64,000 nt of DNA from Ginglymostoma cirratum (Eukaryota): contig JAHRHZ010000031.1 of assembly GCA_024137785.1 (NCBI GenBank), positions 19,957,335 to 20,021,334 on the forward strand, written 5' to 3'. The notes under the pieces were generated by a model, which was not told the DNA's origin, did no database searches, and saw only the letters and a list, made by a program, of their open reading frames with translations. Both the position numbers and the translations under genes were made by a program. The first letter of the stretch is position 1, and every line of letters begins with the position of its first letter. Below are positions 26,370 through 38,247 of this stretch, one piece after another.

Positions 26370-27239
26370 GTAAGTTTTTGCCAATCTACTAATGTATCTA
26401 TTTGCCTCCAAAACATTTCTTATATTAATTAAATAACTTCAAGTACTGTATTCATGTGTATATGTTTATCTAAAATGGCAACTGAAAGAATACTACCTTT
26501 TTTTTGCCTTCGTATCTTGCATTGTTTGATTGCTTGAGTGTGTATGAGACCTCCAAGCCACTTTTATCCCAGCACTGTCGGAGGTTTGACTGTGGCTCCC
26601 CATCTGTATGCACAATGCTTCCAAATCTTGCCACCTGGAAAACAAAGGTGAACAAATTCTTGCAAACTCTTCTGCCACCTTAACGCAACAAATTAAGCTC
26701 ACTATTACTTTTGTTTGAGATGCCTCTAGAAAGTCTATCAAGGAGCTGCCGCAAAATGTGATGTGTTGTATGCAAATATTGCAAATTTCATTCGATACTT
26801 TTTCTTTGCTCCTTAAACTAAATACTTAAGAGGCTTAATATGGGTGCACAAATTCTAGAGTGACTGTTAGAAAGAATTGCCAAAAGAAAATGCATTTGGT
26901 CCAAGATTTTCACCTTACACTCATCAGGATAATTTACAAGAAATAGCAGTAGAAAAGGAACAGCATGTGCATTTGAATGCACTTTTTTAATGACATCACG
27001 TATACCCAAATAGACAGTAATGCCATGTGATTCCTTCTAGGTCTAGCGCTCTGTTGGATTCCATGAGAAACATGTCTGAGGAAATGACAGCTAACCTCAT
27101 CCACCTTTAGATATTTCTGATGTGTAGATGATTCATTTGCTTCAAGTGAATCTGTAGCTGTATGCAAGTGTTTCCTTTCACATTTTAAGGACTCCACCCT
27201 GTGCTCAAATCCACTTTTGAAACAGATCAGTCAAATTTA

Positions 27240-27610
27240 TTTTTCCCTCATGGAATGTGGACATTGCTGGCAAGATAGTATTTTGTTGCCTGTCCCTAAT
27301 TGCTCTGGAACTGAGTAGCTTGCAAGAACATTTTGGCAGGAAACTAAGAGTCTACCACATTTATGTGGGTGTAAAATCACTTGTAGGCAGACCGTGGCAA
27401 AACAGCAAATATCCTTGACTGGGAAGAATGTTAGTTAACCAGTTTTTTTTTGAAAGGATCAATAATAGTTAAATTTCTCACCATCTACATTCCAGATTTG
27501 TTGACTGAATTCAAATTCCACTAGCTGCTTGGTAGAATTTTAACCTATGTACCCAGACCACTTGTCTTGACTGCAGGATTACTAGTCAAGTGATATTACC
27601 ACTGCCACCT
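27240..27610 (-). mobile_element. tRNA-derived SINE (family of 59615-59980)
   Basis: Reverse complement of the tail (tcatggaatgtggacattgctgg) and head (ggattactagtcaagtgatattaccact). Confidence 0.7.
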
Positions 27611-28489
27611 TTGCTCCCCCCCCCCACCCCACCCCCAGCCAGGGGGATTTTCCTCTTCTGTCTACTGCAAGTATACTTTCACTGGATAGTATGTGGTTTG
27701 GGTTTCTTGTAGTTCCAAGCACATTGGTCCCATCAGCAACCTTGTAAATTGGGCTCAAAACATTTGCTGACCCTGCAAAGTAGATACTCATACAGGACAC
27801 ATCGAAGCCATCCTATATGATGATTACTACCCTGATTGGTTCATCAGTTCACTCGTTATCATGCAAGCTAATGAACAAGTCTAAGGTTGTTCCAGAAAAG
27901 TGCTCAGGTTATCATTTTTCTTGAAAGAGTAAAGTCTCCCACAGGTTTGAGCAGCGGGTGAAGCAAACTGTTTCACACAATTCGCAGTGCTGCTGCACTC
28001 GAGCAGTGCTCACCACCAACTGGATACATCTGTGAAGCCAAAAAGAAATTCTACATTATGCATAAATGAATAATGAAAAGATGAATTTCATCACCATTGT
28101 GGTATGAGGTATGTAGGCAGTGTGCCCCAAAGATTAGAAGGTCCATGTTAACCGGTATATCCCTTGTGCTATTCCCAGCAGGCAATGTATCAATTGTGTC
28201 CAACCAGCTCATGTTTTTAAAAAAAATTCAAACCTGTGTCCAGTGATAGGTAAGATTCTGTAATTGGACAAGATTTCATTAGTTATCCCTTGTATGAGAA
28301 CAATTACACTGGCAACAAATTTAGGATTGTCAGTTGGGCTTGCAGTGTGGTACATTATGTACTGGTAGCTACTTTAATGAATTCACAGGACCTGTTCTTT
28401 GCAGACTAAAAGAATGTGTGTATACAGTGCCTGTTTCAACTCAAAAAAACATGGGTAATAACCGTTTCCTGGTGGAAATTTAAATACAG

Positions 28490-28640
28490 CTTGACAGGTA
28501 ACTCTCAATCATGATTTAACATGTTCCTCATGGCAATACTTCTGCCAATCAAACAGCACACTCTTATGCAGTCTAAACATGTTCCTTTTTCATTGGTATT
28601 ATGAATTGTACTGATGAGTGCAACATGAAAAACTTGGCTT
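28490..28640 (+). mobile_element. Decayed PLE terminus with hammerhead-like remnant
   Basis: CTGATGA-GTG CAA CAT-GAAA-AACTTG at 28611-28636, preceded by gccaatcaaacagcacactc as at 16911-16930. Confidence 0.45.
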
Positions 28641-28788
28641 AGAAGAAACTTTTTGTCAATGTGCAAGTTTTGTACTACCAAATGACTGTTGTAGCAAATT
28701 AATTTGCTTTGAAACTGACTTGGTTTGTTTTGTAACATTTCGATTCCGGACATTGCTTGTTTCATTTCTATACATTTTCTTAAACCAG

Positions 28789-28941
28789 CCACCCCGCAAC
28801 GCTCATCCTGTGGTGAAATTTTCCTGCGTTGATTGTGACCCAATGGTTATTGATAAACTGCCTTTTGATAAATATGAGCTGGAACCTTCACCTTTAACCC
28901 AGTTTATTCTGGAACGTAAATCTCCTCATGTCTGCTGGCAG
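28789..28941 (+). CDS. INTS6L: INTS6L-like exon 8
   Basis: aaccag|CCA acceptor; 153 nt encoding PPRNAHPVVKFSCVDCDPMVIDKLPFDKYELEPSPLTQFILERKSPHVCWQ; donor CAG|gtaaga. Confidence 0.95.
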
Positions 28942-31900
28942 GTAAGAGAGTCCTGTACAACTTGTCTTTTGTTTACCCACACTTGACAGTAATTTTCAGG
29001 GGAAATCCTGCTAGAAGTGATTGAAGAATGTCCTCATTATTGTTAATTATGATTTAGACATTTTTATAATTTTCCTTTTGTAGAGAACGCTGGTTGTTTC
29101 ATTTTTAAAAAATTTGTAATAAAGAGTATTTAGGCCTTTCGTTGGGTAGCTTGTATTTGAGGGTGAACACGAGTTGATTTATGGAGACTCTGTTTGGTTG
29201 CTGAGTTATATGTTAGGTGTGTCAGAGAGAAATAACAGAGATAAAAAGACAGGCATATTGGGGAAAGTGATTTAAAAGTGGTGACCGAAGTTCAGGAAAT
29301 GCAAAGTAGTTCAGGTTAAAGGAAATTAAAATTCTTGGCTGTAACTTTTGACTGCATTGCCACCTCGAGTATGCGGCTCACACATGGAATGCAATGATGT
29401 AATTGACAGTTTAAGACTTGCCTATGTAATAATAACCTCTCGTTGGCAGAACGGGTGCATACTTGAGAAACCGCTGAATAGCAGGGGTGTGGGTGGGGAG
29501 TCTTTAAGCTTGTGTATTTATTTTGCCTTTAGAACAGTGTCCTTTGTTTTATTGCTGCAGTTCAGTTTTTAATTGTAATGGTGAGGTGGTTGAGTGTCTG
29601 CTGATAGGACACAGTGGAGGGACTGCCATTTCACTGGGCCAGATCCCAATATGGTGTATAGTCATTTTTTCCATGATGATGTAACTGCAGCTGAAACCAG
29701 AGGTGTTTCTCAGTTACTTTAAAACACTTCATTTCACAATATGTTTTGGCAACTACTTTGTATGGCTAATCTGTTCAAAGGAAGGTTCCATTTTCTGGCA
29801 TTCTCCCTCACTGCTTGCTGGATCATGCTAAGTCTTGTCACTGAAACTTTGTCTGTCATCATCCAAAGATATTCTGCTTAATTTGATTAGTATGTCGGAA
29901 TGAAGGAATCTTGTTCAGACTGTACTCCCTCTGCCCCTACTGCTTAATAATGCAAACAGTCCCATAACCAGGTATGGATGTTTCCGCAGCTGTGCAGATG
30001 GTACTGGTATGATCACCAATGTTCTGTTGCTCTAATCGTGGCTGGCTGCTCATTTGTGTTTGTGATAACTTTGGTTAGCTCAGTTGATAGCTAGATTGTG
30101 GTGCAGAATGATGCCAAAAGCACAAACTCAATCCACGCACTGGCTGGCTCTTTCATTCCCTCTCGCTCTCGCTCTGTTCTGTTCTGTTCTCTCCCTCCCC
30201 TCTCATGTTCACTTCTCACTCTAATGATCTCCCCACCCCCACAGCCAGTGCTTGAAGCAGGATAGTACCCCTGAGCCCTCTTAAATACTGAAATTGATTG
30301 AAGTGTTCAGGTCTGCGAGGGTCCTTTCAGATAACGTGAAACTTTTTATTGTTAGCAACTTGGGCCATTGTGCATTGATACCACTCTGTTAGCCAAGCCA
30401 GCGTGATTGGGGAACTTGAGCTGCTTTTGGACTTCTGTTCAGCATGCACCCTAGTTGACCATGCATGTTTATCTCGATACTTTGATGCAAATTTTCCTGT
30501 TTGGGTATACAAGCTGCCAGCATAGAATACCCAGTTACAGTATAGCCCCTCCTGCAATTCAATGACGTTGGAACGCTGCACCTCCTTCATCCCAAGGTGA
30601 GTTTCATTTCTAATCAGTTAACCTGAGGGTTCCATTTGCTTTATCACTTTCAGTGTAAGAGCTGTGGCACTGCATACACATGTTTACTTGCAATTAACAC
30701 TGAAACTGCACAAGCTGAAGTAATTTCCGATCTTCCAGCGGCCGCAAACAAAATGTCAGATTTGACCAAATTCAGTTACGCCCAAGGTGAAGTTTAAGAT
30801 TCGCTAAAATCAAATACTGAAATGTTATTGGTCGATGTTAAGTTTATCTGAAAAGAAAATTTCAATTTATTTCTGCACTGTACTGTTCCAAAAAAATTTG
30901 TTAATTGATGATCAAAGGTTTTGTTATGAAAAGTCCTAAGTGTAATAAGACCTTAAGATGTGAGAGCAGAAGTAGGCCATTGAGACTGCCGTGACATTCA
31001 ATTGATCATGACTGATATAATAATCCTTCACTCTACCTTCTGGCCTTATCCCCTTAACCTTTGATTCTTTTACTGCTTAGTAATCTGTTTGTCTCAACCT
31101 TGAATGTAGTTAACAACCCAGCCTTGCAGTAAAGAATTCCACAAAATCACGCGCTGAGATAAGAAATTCCTCCTCATCTCTACCTTAAATAGTGGACTCT
31201 TACTTTTTAGATTATGTCTCCCAGTCCTTGACCTTCCCACAAGAGTAAATAACCTGTTCACATCTGTCCTGTAAAGCTCCTTCGGATCTTATGTTTCAAT
31301 AATGTCGTCTCTGATTCTCCTAAACCCCAGTGAGTCTCTAGTTGCCCTTGAAGGTGGTGGTGAGCTACCACCTCTAACTGCTGTAGTCCTCATGCTGTAG
31401 GGTGACTCACAATGCCCTAGTGACCCAGTGGCAGTGAAAGAATGGTAATGTATTTCTAAATCAGGATGATGAGTGGCTTGGAAGGGAACTAATAGGTGGT
31501 GTTCCCATGTATCTGCTGCCCTTGTCCTTGTAGATGAAAGTGGTTGTGGCTTTGAAAGGTGCTGTCTAAGGATCTTTGAATTTCATTGGTGCATCTTGTA
31601 GATAGTACATCCTGCTGCTGCTGAGTGTCAGTGGTGGATGTGGCCGATCAAGCAGGATGCTTTGTCCTGGATGGTGTCAAGCTTCTCGAGTGTTGTTGGA
31701 GCTGCACTCATCCAGGCAAGTGGGGAGTATTCCGTCACACTCCTGACTTGTGCCTAGTCGATAGCACCTTTTTCCTCTGGTTTTTGGGAGCCAGGAAGTG
31801 AGTGAATTGCCACAGCATTCCTAACCTCTGATCTGCTGTTGTAGCCACTTTGCTCATGTGCCAAGTCTAGATGAGTTCTGGTCAATGGTAACCCCTCGGA

Positions 31901-32594
31901 AGATGACAGGTGATTCAGTAATGTTAAGACTATTGAATATCATGGGGCAGTGGTTACTGTTGAAGTCTTGAAATCGTGGCCTGGCATTTGATTGGCACAA
32001 ATGTTACTTTCCACTCATCAGCCCGAGCCTGGATATTACCCAGATCTTGTTGTAGTTGAACATGGAAAGCTTCAGAATTGGAGCAGTGAATGGTGCTGAA
32101 AATTGTGCAACCATCAGTGAACATTCCCACTTCTGACCTTAGGATGGAGGGGAGGTCATTGAAGCAGCTGAAGATCATTGGGCCTAGGGCACTACCCTGA
32201 GGACCTCCTGCTGAGATGCCCTGGAGCTGAGATGACTGACCTCAGTAACCACAATCATCTTCCTGTCTGCCAGGTATGACTCCGACCAGCAGAGTTTGCC
32301 CCAATTCCCATTTGCTAAGGCTCCTTGATACCACACTTAATCGAATGAAGCCTTGATGTCAAGGATTATCACTCACCTCATTCAGCTCTTTTGTCCACGT
32401 TTGAACCAAAGCTGTAATGAAATCAGGAACTGAATGGCACTGGTAGAACCCCAACTGGGTATCAGTGAGCAGGTGCTGCTTGCTAGCACTTCCATCGCTT
32501 TACTGATGAACAAGAGTAGACTGGAGTGGTAATTAGATTTGTCCTGCTTTTTGTGTAAGGACATACCTAGACAACTTTCCACATTGACAGATAG

Positions 32595-32892
32595 ATTGTA
32601 GAATCCCTACAGTGCAGGTAGAGGCCGTTCGACCCATTGAGTCCCATCGATCCTGCCTGTCTCCATAACTCTGCATTTACCATGGCCAACCCAGGTGGCC
32701 TGCCCATCCTTGGACTCTGAGTCAATTTAGCATGGCCAGTTCACCTAAACTGCACATTTTTTGGAGGGTAGCAGGAAGCCCATGCAGGCACTGGGAGAAC
32801 ATGCAAACTCCGAACAGACAGTCACTCAAGGCTGGAATTGAACTCTGGTCCCTGGCGCCGTGAGGAAGCAATGCTCACCACTGTGCCACTGT
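32595..32892 (-). mobile_element. HE1-type (V-domain) SINE
   Basis: Reverse complement homologous to 47849-48181: tRNA-like head, tggccatgctaaatt core, ctgtagggattct tail. Confidence 0.8.
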
Positions 32893-33120
32893 ATGCCCAC
32901 TTTCCAGTACCAGTGTTATAAGTACTGGAGAGCTTGGCTAGGGGAGAGAGAAGTTCTGGAGTACTATTGCTGGAATGTTGTCAGGGCCCATAACCTTTAC
33001 AGTATCCAGTGCCTCCAGCTGTTTCCTGCTATCACGTGGAGTGAATTGAATTGGCTGAAGACTGCTATCTGTCATGTGGGGACCACTGGAGGAGGCTGTG
33101 ATGGATCATCCAGTTGGCAC

Positions 33121-34090
33121 CTTTCAGACTGGAGGCCTGTGACCAGCAGTGTGCCACAAGGATCAGTGTTGGGTCTAAAACGTTTTATTGTTTGCTTAAA
33201 TGATTAGGATGTGAGCATAGGTATGGTTGGTGAGTTTGCGGATGACACCAAAATTGGAGGTGTAGTGGACACCGAAGGTTACTTCAGAGTACAACGGGAT
33301 CTTGATCTTCATGCGCCAGTGGGCCGGGGAGTGGCAGAGGGAGTTTAATTTAGATAAATGTGAGGTGCTGCATTTTGGTAAGGCAAACTTGTACACTTAA
33401 TGGTGAGGTCCTGGGGAGTGTTGCTGAACAAAGAGACCTTGGAGTGCAGGTTCATAGTTCCTTGAAAGTGCAGGTAAATACAATAATGAAGAAGGTGCTT
33501 GGTATGCTTTCCTTTATTGGTCAGTGCATAGACTATAGGAGTTGGGACGTTGTGTTGCAGCTGTGCAGGACATTGGTTAGGCCACTAGTGGAATACTGTG
33601 TGCAATTTTGGTCTCTCTGCTATAGGAAGGATGTTGTGAAACTTGAAAGAATCCAGAAGGATTCACAAGGATGCTGCTAGGGTTGGAGGGTTCGAGCTAT
33701 AAGGAGAGGCCGAATAGGCTGGGGCTATTTTCCATGGAGTGTCAGAGGCGGAGGGATGACTTTTAAAGAAGTTTATAAAATCATGAGGTGCATGGATAGG
33801 GTGAATAGTCAAGGTCTTTTCCCCAAGGCAGAGGGTTAAGATGAGAGGGGAAAAATTTAAAAGGGACCCAAGGGGCAACTTTTTCACGCAGAGGATGATG
33901 TGCATATGGAGTAAGCTGCCATAGTAAGTGGTAGGAGCTAGTACAATTAAAACATTTTAAAGGTATTTGGATGGGTATATGAATAGGAAGGGCTTAGAGG
34001 GGTATGGGCCAAATGCTGGCAAATGGGACTGTATTTATTTAGGATATCTGGTCAGCATGGACGCGTTGGACTGATGGGTCCATGACTCTG
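33121..34090 (+). mobile_element. 5'-truncated CR1 (HER1-like) LINE
   Basis: SDWRPVTSSVPQGSVLG, FADDTKIGG, RDLGVQVHSSLKV, LVRPLVEYCVQFWS; 3' tail ending catgactctg. Confidence 0.88.
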
Positions 34091-36799
34091 ACTTCTGGAT
34101 GAAGATTGCTCCGAATGTGTCAGCCTCATCTTTTCTACTGATGTATTGAACTCTTCGGTCATTGAAGATGGGGATATTTGTGGAGCCTCCTTGTACAGTG
34201 AGTTGTTCGATTGTTCTCCACCATTCATGACTGGATGTGACAGGACTGCAGAGCTTAGATCTGACCCGTTGATTGTGGGATCGCTTAGCGCTATCCATCA
34301 CTTGCTACTTATGCTGTTTGGCACGCAAGTAGTCCTGTTTGGTAGCTTCATCAAGTTGTCACCTCATTTTTAGGAATGGCTGGTGCTGCTTCTGGCATGC
34401 CCTCATGCACTGTCCATTGAACTAGGGCTGATCCCCTGGTTTGATGGTGATGGTTGAGTGGGGAATATGTCAGGCAATGTGGTTAGATTGTGCTGAAATA
34501 GGATTCACCTGCTCTTGATGGTTCACAGGCCATCAGGCATGCCCAGTTTTATGTTGCTAGATTTGTTCGAAGTCTGTCCCAATTAGTATGGTGATAGTGC
34601 CACGTAACACAATAGAGGGCATTCTCAGTGTGAGGATGGGACAAAAGGACTGTGCAGTGGTCACTCTTACTGTCATGGATGGATGCACCTGCCATCCAGA
34701 GTACATTTTCCATAATGCAAGGATTCTTGAAAGATCACTACCAGTGCATCTTGTCCTTCTAGTACTTCCTTGAAAATCCTAGCATGCATCTCATCAGGTC
34801 TACAGAATTATCAGCCTTTAGCACCAGTAGTTTCCCTAAAGCATTTTCTTTAACAGAAGGTACTGTGCTTATTTCCTCTTCTGTTTCTCCCAGTGTACCC
34901 CCCTCTCTTTAGTTATGAATATTTAATATTTTTATAATGCTATTAATATCCTGTACCATGCGGACTAATGCAAAGAATTTATTAAACCACTCAATTTCTG
35001 GCTTGTCGTTAATTATCTGCAAATTCTAAGGGGCCTATTTTCATTGGGTTTCTCTCACTTTTTTATATGTTTTTGTTACTTGCTTGTTTGCCCTCATTAA
35101 TCTTCATGAGGGAGAAAATAAATTTTTTTGGTCGTCTGTTGACTTTTAAATTTTCTCAATCCTCTGATTTGCCATTAATCTTTGCCATAAGGTATGTCTT
35201 TATCTTTCAATTTGAGACTGTCTTTAACTTTCCTGGTTAACCATGGTTGGTTTATCTCCTTCTGAGAATCCTCTTGCTGTAAGCCATGAATTTTTTTAAA
35301 CATCCACCATTATTCATCATCAGTCTATTCTGCTCGAGTCCACTCCAGGCCCCTCTGCCCTCATTACCATGCAATTACCTTTTGTTTAAGTTTAGCACAA
35401 TTGCTTCTGACCAGGGTTTCTGACACTCAAATTGAATGCCAGATTTTATCATGTTATAATCATTGTTGCCCAGGGGGTGTTTTGCACCTGTGATTCTGTT
35501 TGGTAAGCTCCTTCTGTTTGTGCACTTCTTTCTTGGGAAAATGTGGCTAAAATAGCTGCATGAGTTTTGATATCACTTCACAAAGCAGTATGCTCTTGGT
35601 TTGACCACTTACGTTGATGTCATTAAGTCAGTGTTCCACACTTTATTGGTGACACGTTTCTTAAAAAAAATTGTCAGTTGAATGAATGCTAAATAATGTT
35701 ACATCACTTAGCTTAGGTATCATCTTCCTTTTTCCTTGCACTGCCATGTACATGGCTTACTCAGGGTGCGCTCTTGGTTCCTCTCACCTAATTCAAGTTT
35801 TCATTTTTGGTTGAATTTTCAATTTTGTTTGGCCTGTCTTGCCATACTGAAAAGAAGTAAGCTATGCTTCAGGAGAAAAAAGACTTGAAGTACATCAAAA
35901 ACTAAAACAACAACTAAAAGAAGCCTACGTGACTATCATGTTTATATAGTGCTGACAATTGGATGAAAAATGCCCAAGTGAAGTTCTACTAGCCATCATT
36001 TGTATTGAAGCCTTCATGCTTTTCTGGTTTTAAAAAAGTTGGACAGCACTAACTGAGATGATTTTGATTGCGATTTTTATGATGAGTATCATGGCAGATC
36101 TCTAAATATGGCTATCAGAGAAACATGGCAAAAACATTCTGATTTGGACATTTTATTTTTCTGATGAAAGAAGCAGAGCAGTTGAAGTTGTGAAGCATTT
36201 CTAGAATATTTTGTGATCATGTCTTAACGAACTTAGTTTGACTTTTTGTGGGGGTCACTGATTTGGAAATTGGCAAGTGCCACTGGATGAACTGTGTACT
36301 TGGATTTGAGGAGGTATTCAAGAATGCTGCACACAACAGATTGTCAAAAATAAGTGTGCGCAGAATTGGAGGTAGCATTATGAGAATGCTCTATTCCTGA
36401 AAATTTCTTGATTGATGGGACGTGATAAGAAGAATTTCCCAAATCTCTGTCCTGGGACCATTAGCTTTGAACTGCATGTATTAATCACACTGGAGGAAAG
36501 GAGAATTGTTTGAGAGTTAGTACATCCCACATTTTTGGAGGTGTAGTGAGTTCTGACAGTAGGTGATAAATGTGTAGTGATGTATACAGAATGAGTGTGT
36601 GGACAAAACTGCAATAAATGCAGTTCAATTGGAAAATTGAGGTCTTTCACACTTAATCTGATCAAGATAAATCAGGCTATTTTCTTGGTAGAAAGAGCCA
36701 GATTAAGTAGCTGGTCATATGCACAAATTGCTGAATTAGTGGAGAGACTATTAATAGTAGCTTTCAAACGAAACTGAATTTTTGTTGTTTGTTTGAGAG

Positions 36800-36950
36800 A
36801 TGAAGCTGGCCAGACCAGCATTTATTGTTTATCCCTGACTGCTCAGATGGCAGTTAATAGTGAACTATGTTGCTGTGTGTCTAGAGTCACCTGTGGCCCA
36901 GGCCAGGTAAGGATAGCAGATTTTGCTAAAGGACATTGGTTAATCCATTT
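36800..36950 (-). mobile_element. tRNA-SINE 3' half (family of 59615-59980)
   Basis: ctggccagaccagcattttattg...ggccaggtaaggatagcagattt. Confidence 0.6.
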
Positions 36951-37399
36951 TTATTAGAAGTACATTTTACACTCAGATTGGGTATGAATTGGGGACAATG
37001 ATAATTCTGGCTAGCTTTTTGAGAGAAGTATAATGGGCTGACTGACCATCTGTGCTACAGGTTTTTACATTTGTAATGGCAATGTGCAAAAAGGCTAATG
37101 TTAAGTTGGCCTTTACCTGAAGGTGATTCGAGCTCAGAAGTGAGGAGGATATGGTTAGAAAGCACAGAGCCTAGCCTCGGCCTGCAAAGCATGAACTTGC
37201 CAGGTTACGGAATTCTGAGGGGATCAATTAACTTTCCTGAACTGAGATTAAAAGATTTTTTGGGTTAGGTCATTGCCACATGCAGCAAAGCTGAGAGGTT
37301 GGAGCTGAGAAACAGATTTACCATAATTAAGTTGCTGAATTGGCCCAAGGTAAATGGAACCTCTTATTATGTTCTCTGGTTTCTGTGTGTTGTTTCCTT

Positions 37400-37620
37400 T
37401 ATCATCCATGACATGTGGGCATCGCTGGTATGGCCACCATTTGTTGCCCATTTCTCATCACAGTTGAAACTAAGTGACTTGGTACAGCTCATTTTCAGCA
37501 GGCATTTAAGAGTCAACTGTTGGCACTGGAGCTGCCATCATGGGATTTCAGCCTGTGCGCCCAGGACATCAACCTGGGCTTCTGGATTATTAGTGTGGTG
37601 ACGTGACTGTCCCGTATCAC
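37400..37620 (-). mobile_element. tRNA-SINE with internal deletion (family of 59615-59980)
   Basis: atgacatgtgggcatcgctgg tail and ctggattattagt head, both reverse-complemented. Confidence 0.6.
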
Positions 37621-38114
37621 CCTTGTTAATCAGACGATGTACAGATAATCTATGTACAGATAAGCTTTGGTTTGATGTATGAATTTCCCAGAGGCACAGA
37701 CTCTGGAGCCATCACTGGCCAATTTACATAGAAAAAGGATCAAGAGTGAGCCATTTGCCCCCTGAGCATGCTCCATCATTTAAAAAGATCATGACTGATC
37801 TGATTGTAACCATAAATCCATATTTACGCTTCCCTGATTATCTTTCACTGTTATGTGATGTGATTCGTGAAAGTGAAAATTAAAGCAAAAGCAGGAGTTT
37901 GCGAAACTGTGGCCATTTCACGAAGTTCTGTTTTTGCTATTTGTTTCAGTTATTTTTAACATACTGTATGTTCCCTGTTCTAACTTTGATCTAATAAATG
38001 TTCATTTTTATTGAATGAAAAATATCACTTGATAGCTGTCTAGGCAGCTGAGTTCCGAGCCTGACTTCAGACCTCCTACGTAACAAATTCTAACGCATCG
38101 AATTGTCATTCCAG

Positions 38115-38247
38115 GTATATGTGAACAACAGTGGGAAGTATAGTGACCTGGGTCATCCTTTTGGTTACCTAAAAGCTAGTACAGCTTTGAATTGTGTTAA
38201 CCTTTTTGTGATGCCTTACAACTATCCTGTACTGCTTCCACTTTTAG
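38115..38247 (+). CDS. INTS6L: INTS6L-like exon 9
   Basis: attccag|GTA acceptor; 133 nt encoding VYVNNSGKYSDLGHPFGYLKASTALNCVNLFVMPYNYPVLLPLL(D); donor G|gtaagt. Confidence 0.95.

Larger units (their letters stand above)
31340..34695 (-). mobile_element. CR1/L2-clade LINE (second family), decayed ORF2
   Basis: Minus ORFs FSCFNDLPSILRSEVGMFTDGCTIFS...LQQDLGNIQARADEWKVTF and IRSKLCSP-like VRSKLCSPVTSSHEWWRTIEQL. Confidence 0.8.
30950..35480 (-). mobile_element. CR1 LINE (minus) split into about 30950-31335 and 34696-35480 by nested insertions
   Basis: CR1 3' tail reverse-complemented at 30955-31020; internal CR1-like sequence resumes after 34695. Confidence 0.6.

Noticed and set aside
36079-36165. 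Possible C/D-box snoRNA (ATGATGA...CTGA)
   Set aside because: No convincing terminal stem or recognisable rRNA guide; such motifs are frequent by chance in AT-rich introns
37637-37663. 12-bp direct repeat atgtacagataa
   Set aside because: Simple local duplication with no associated element or array
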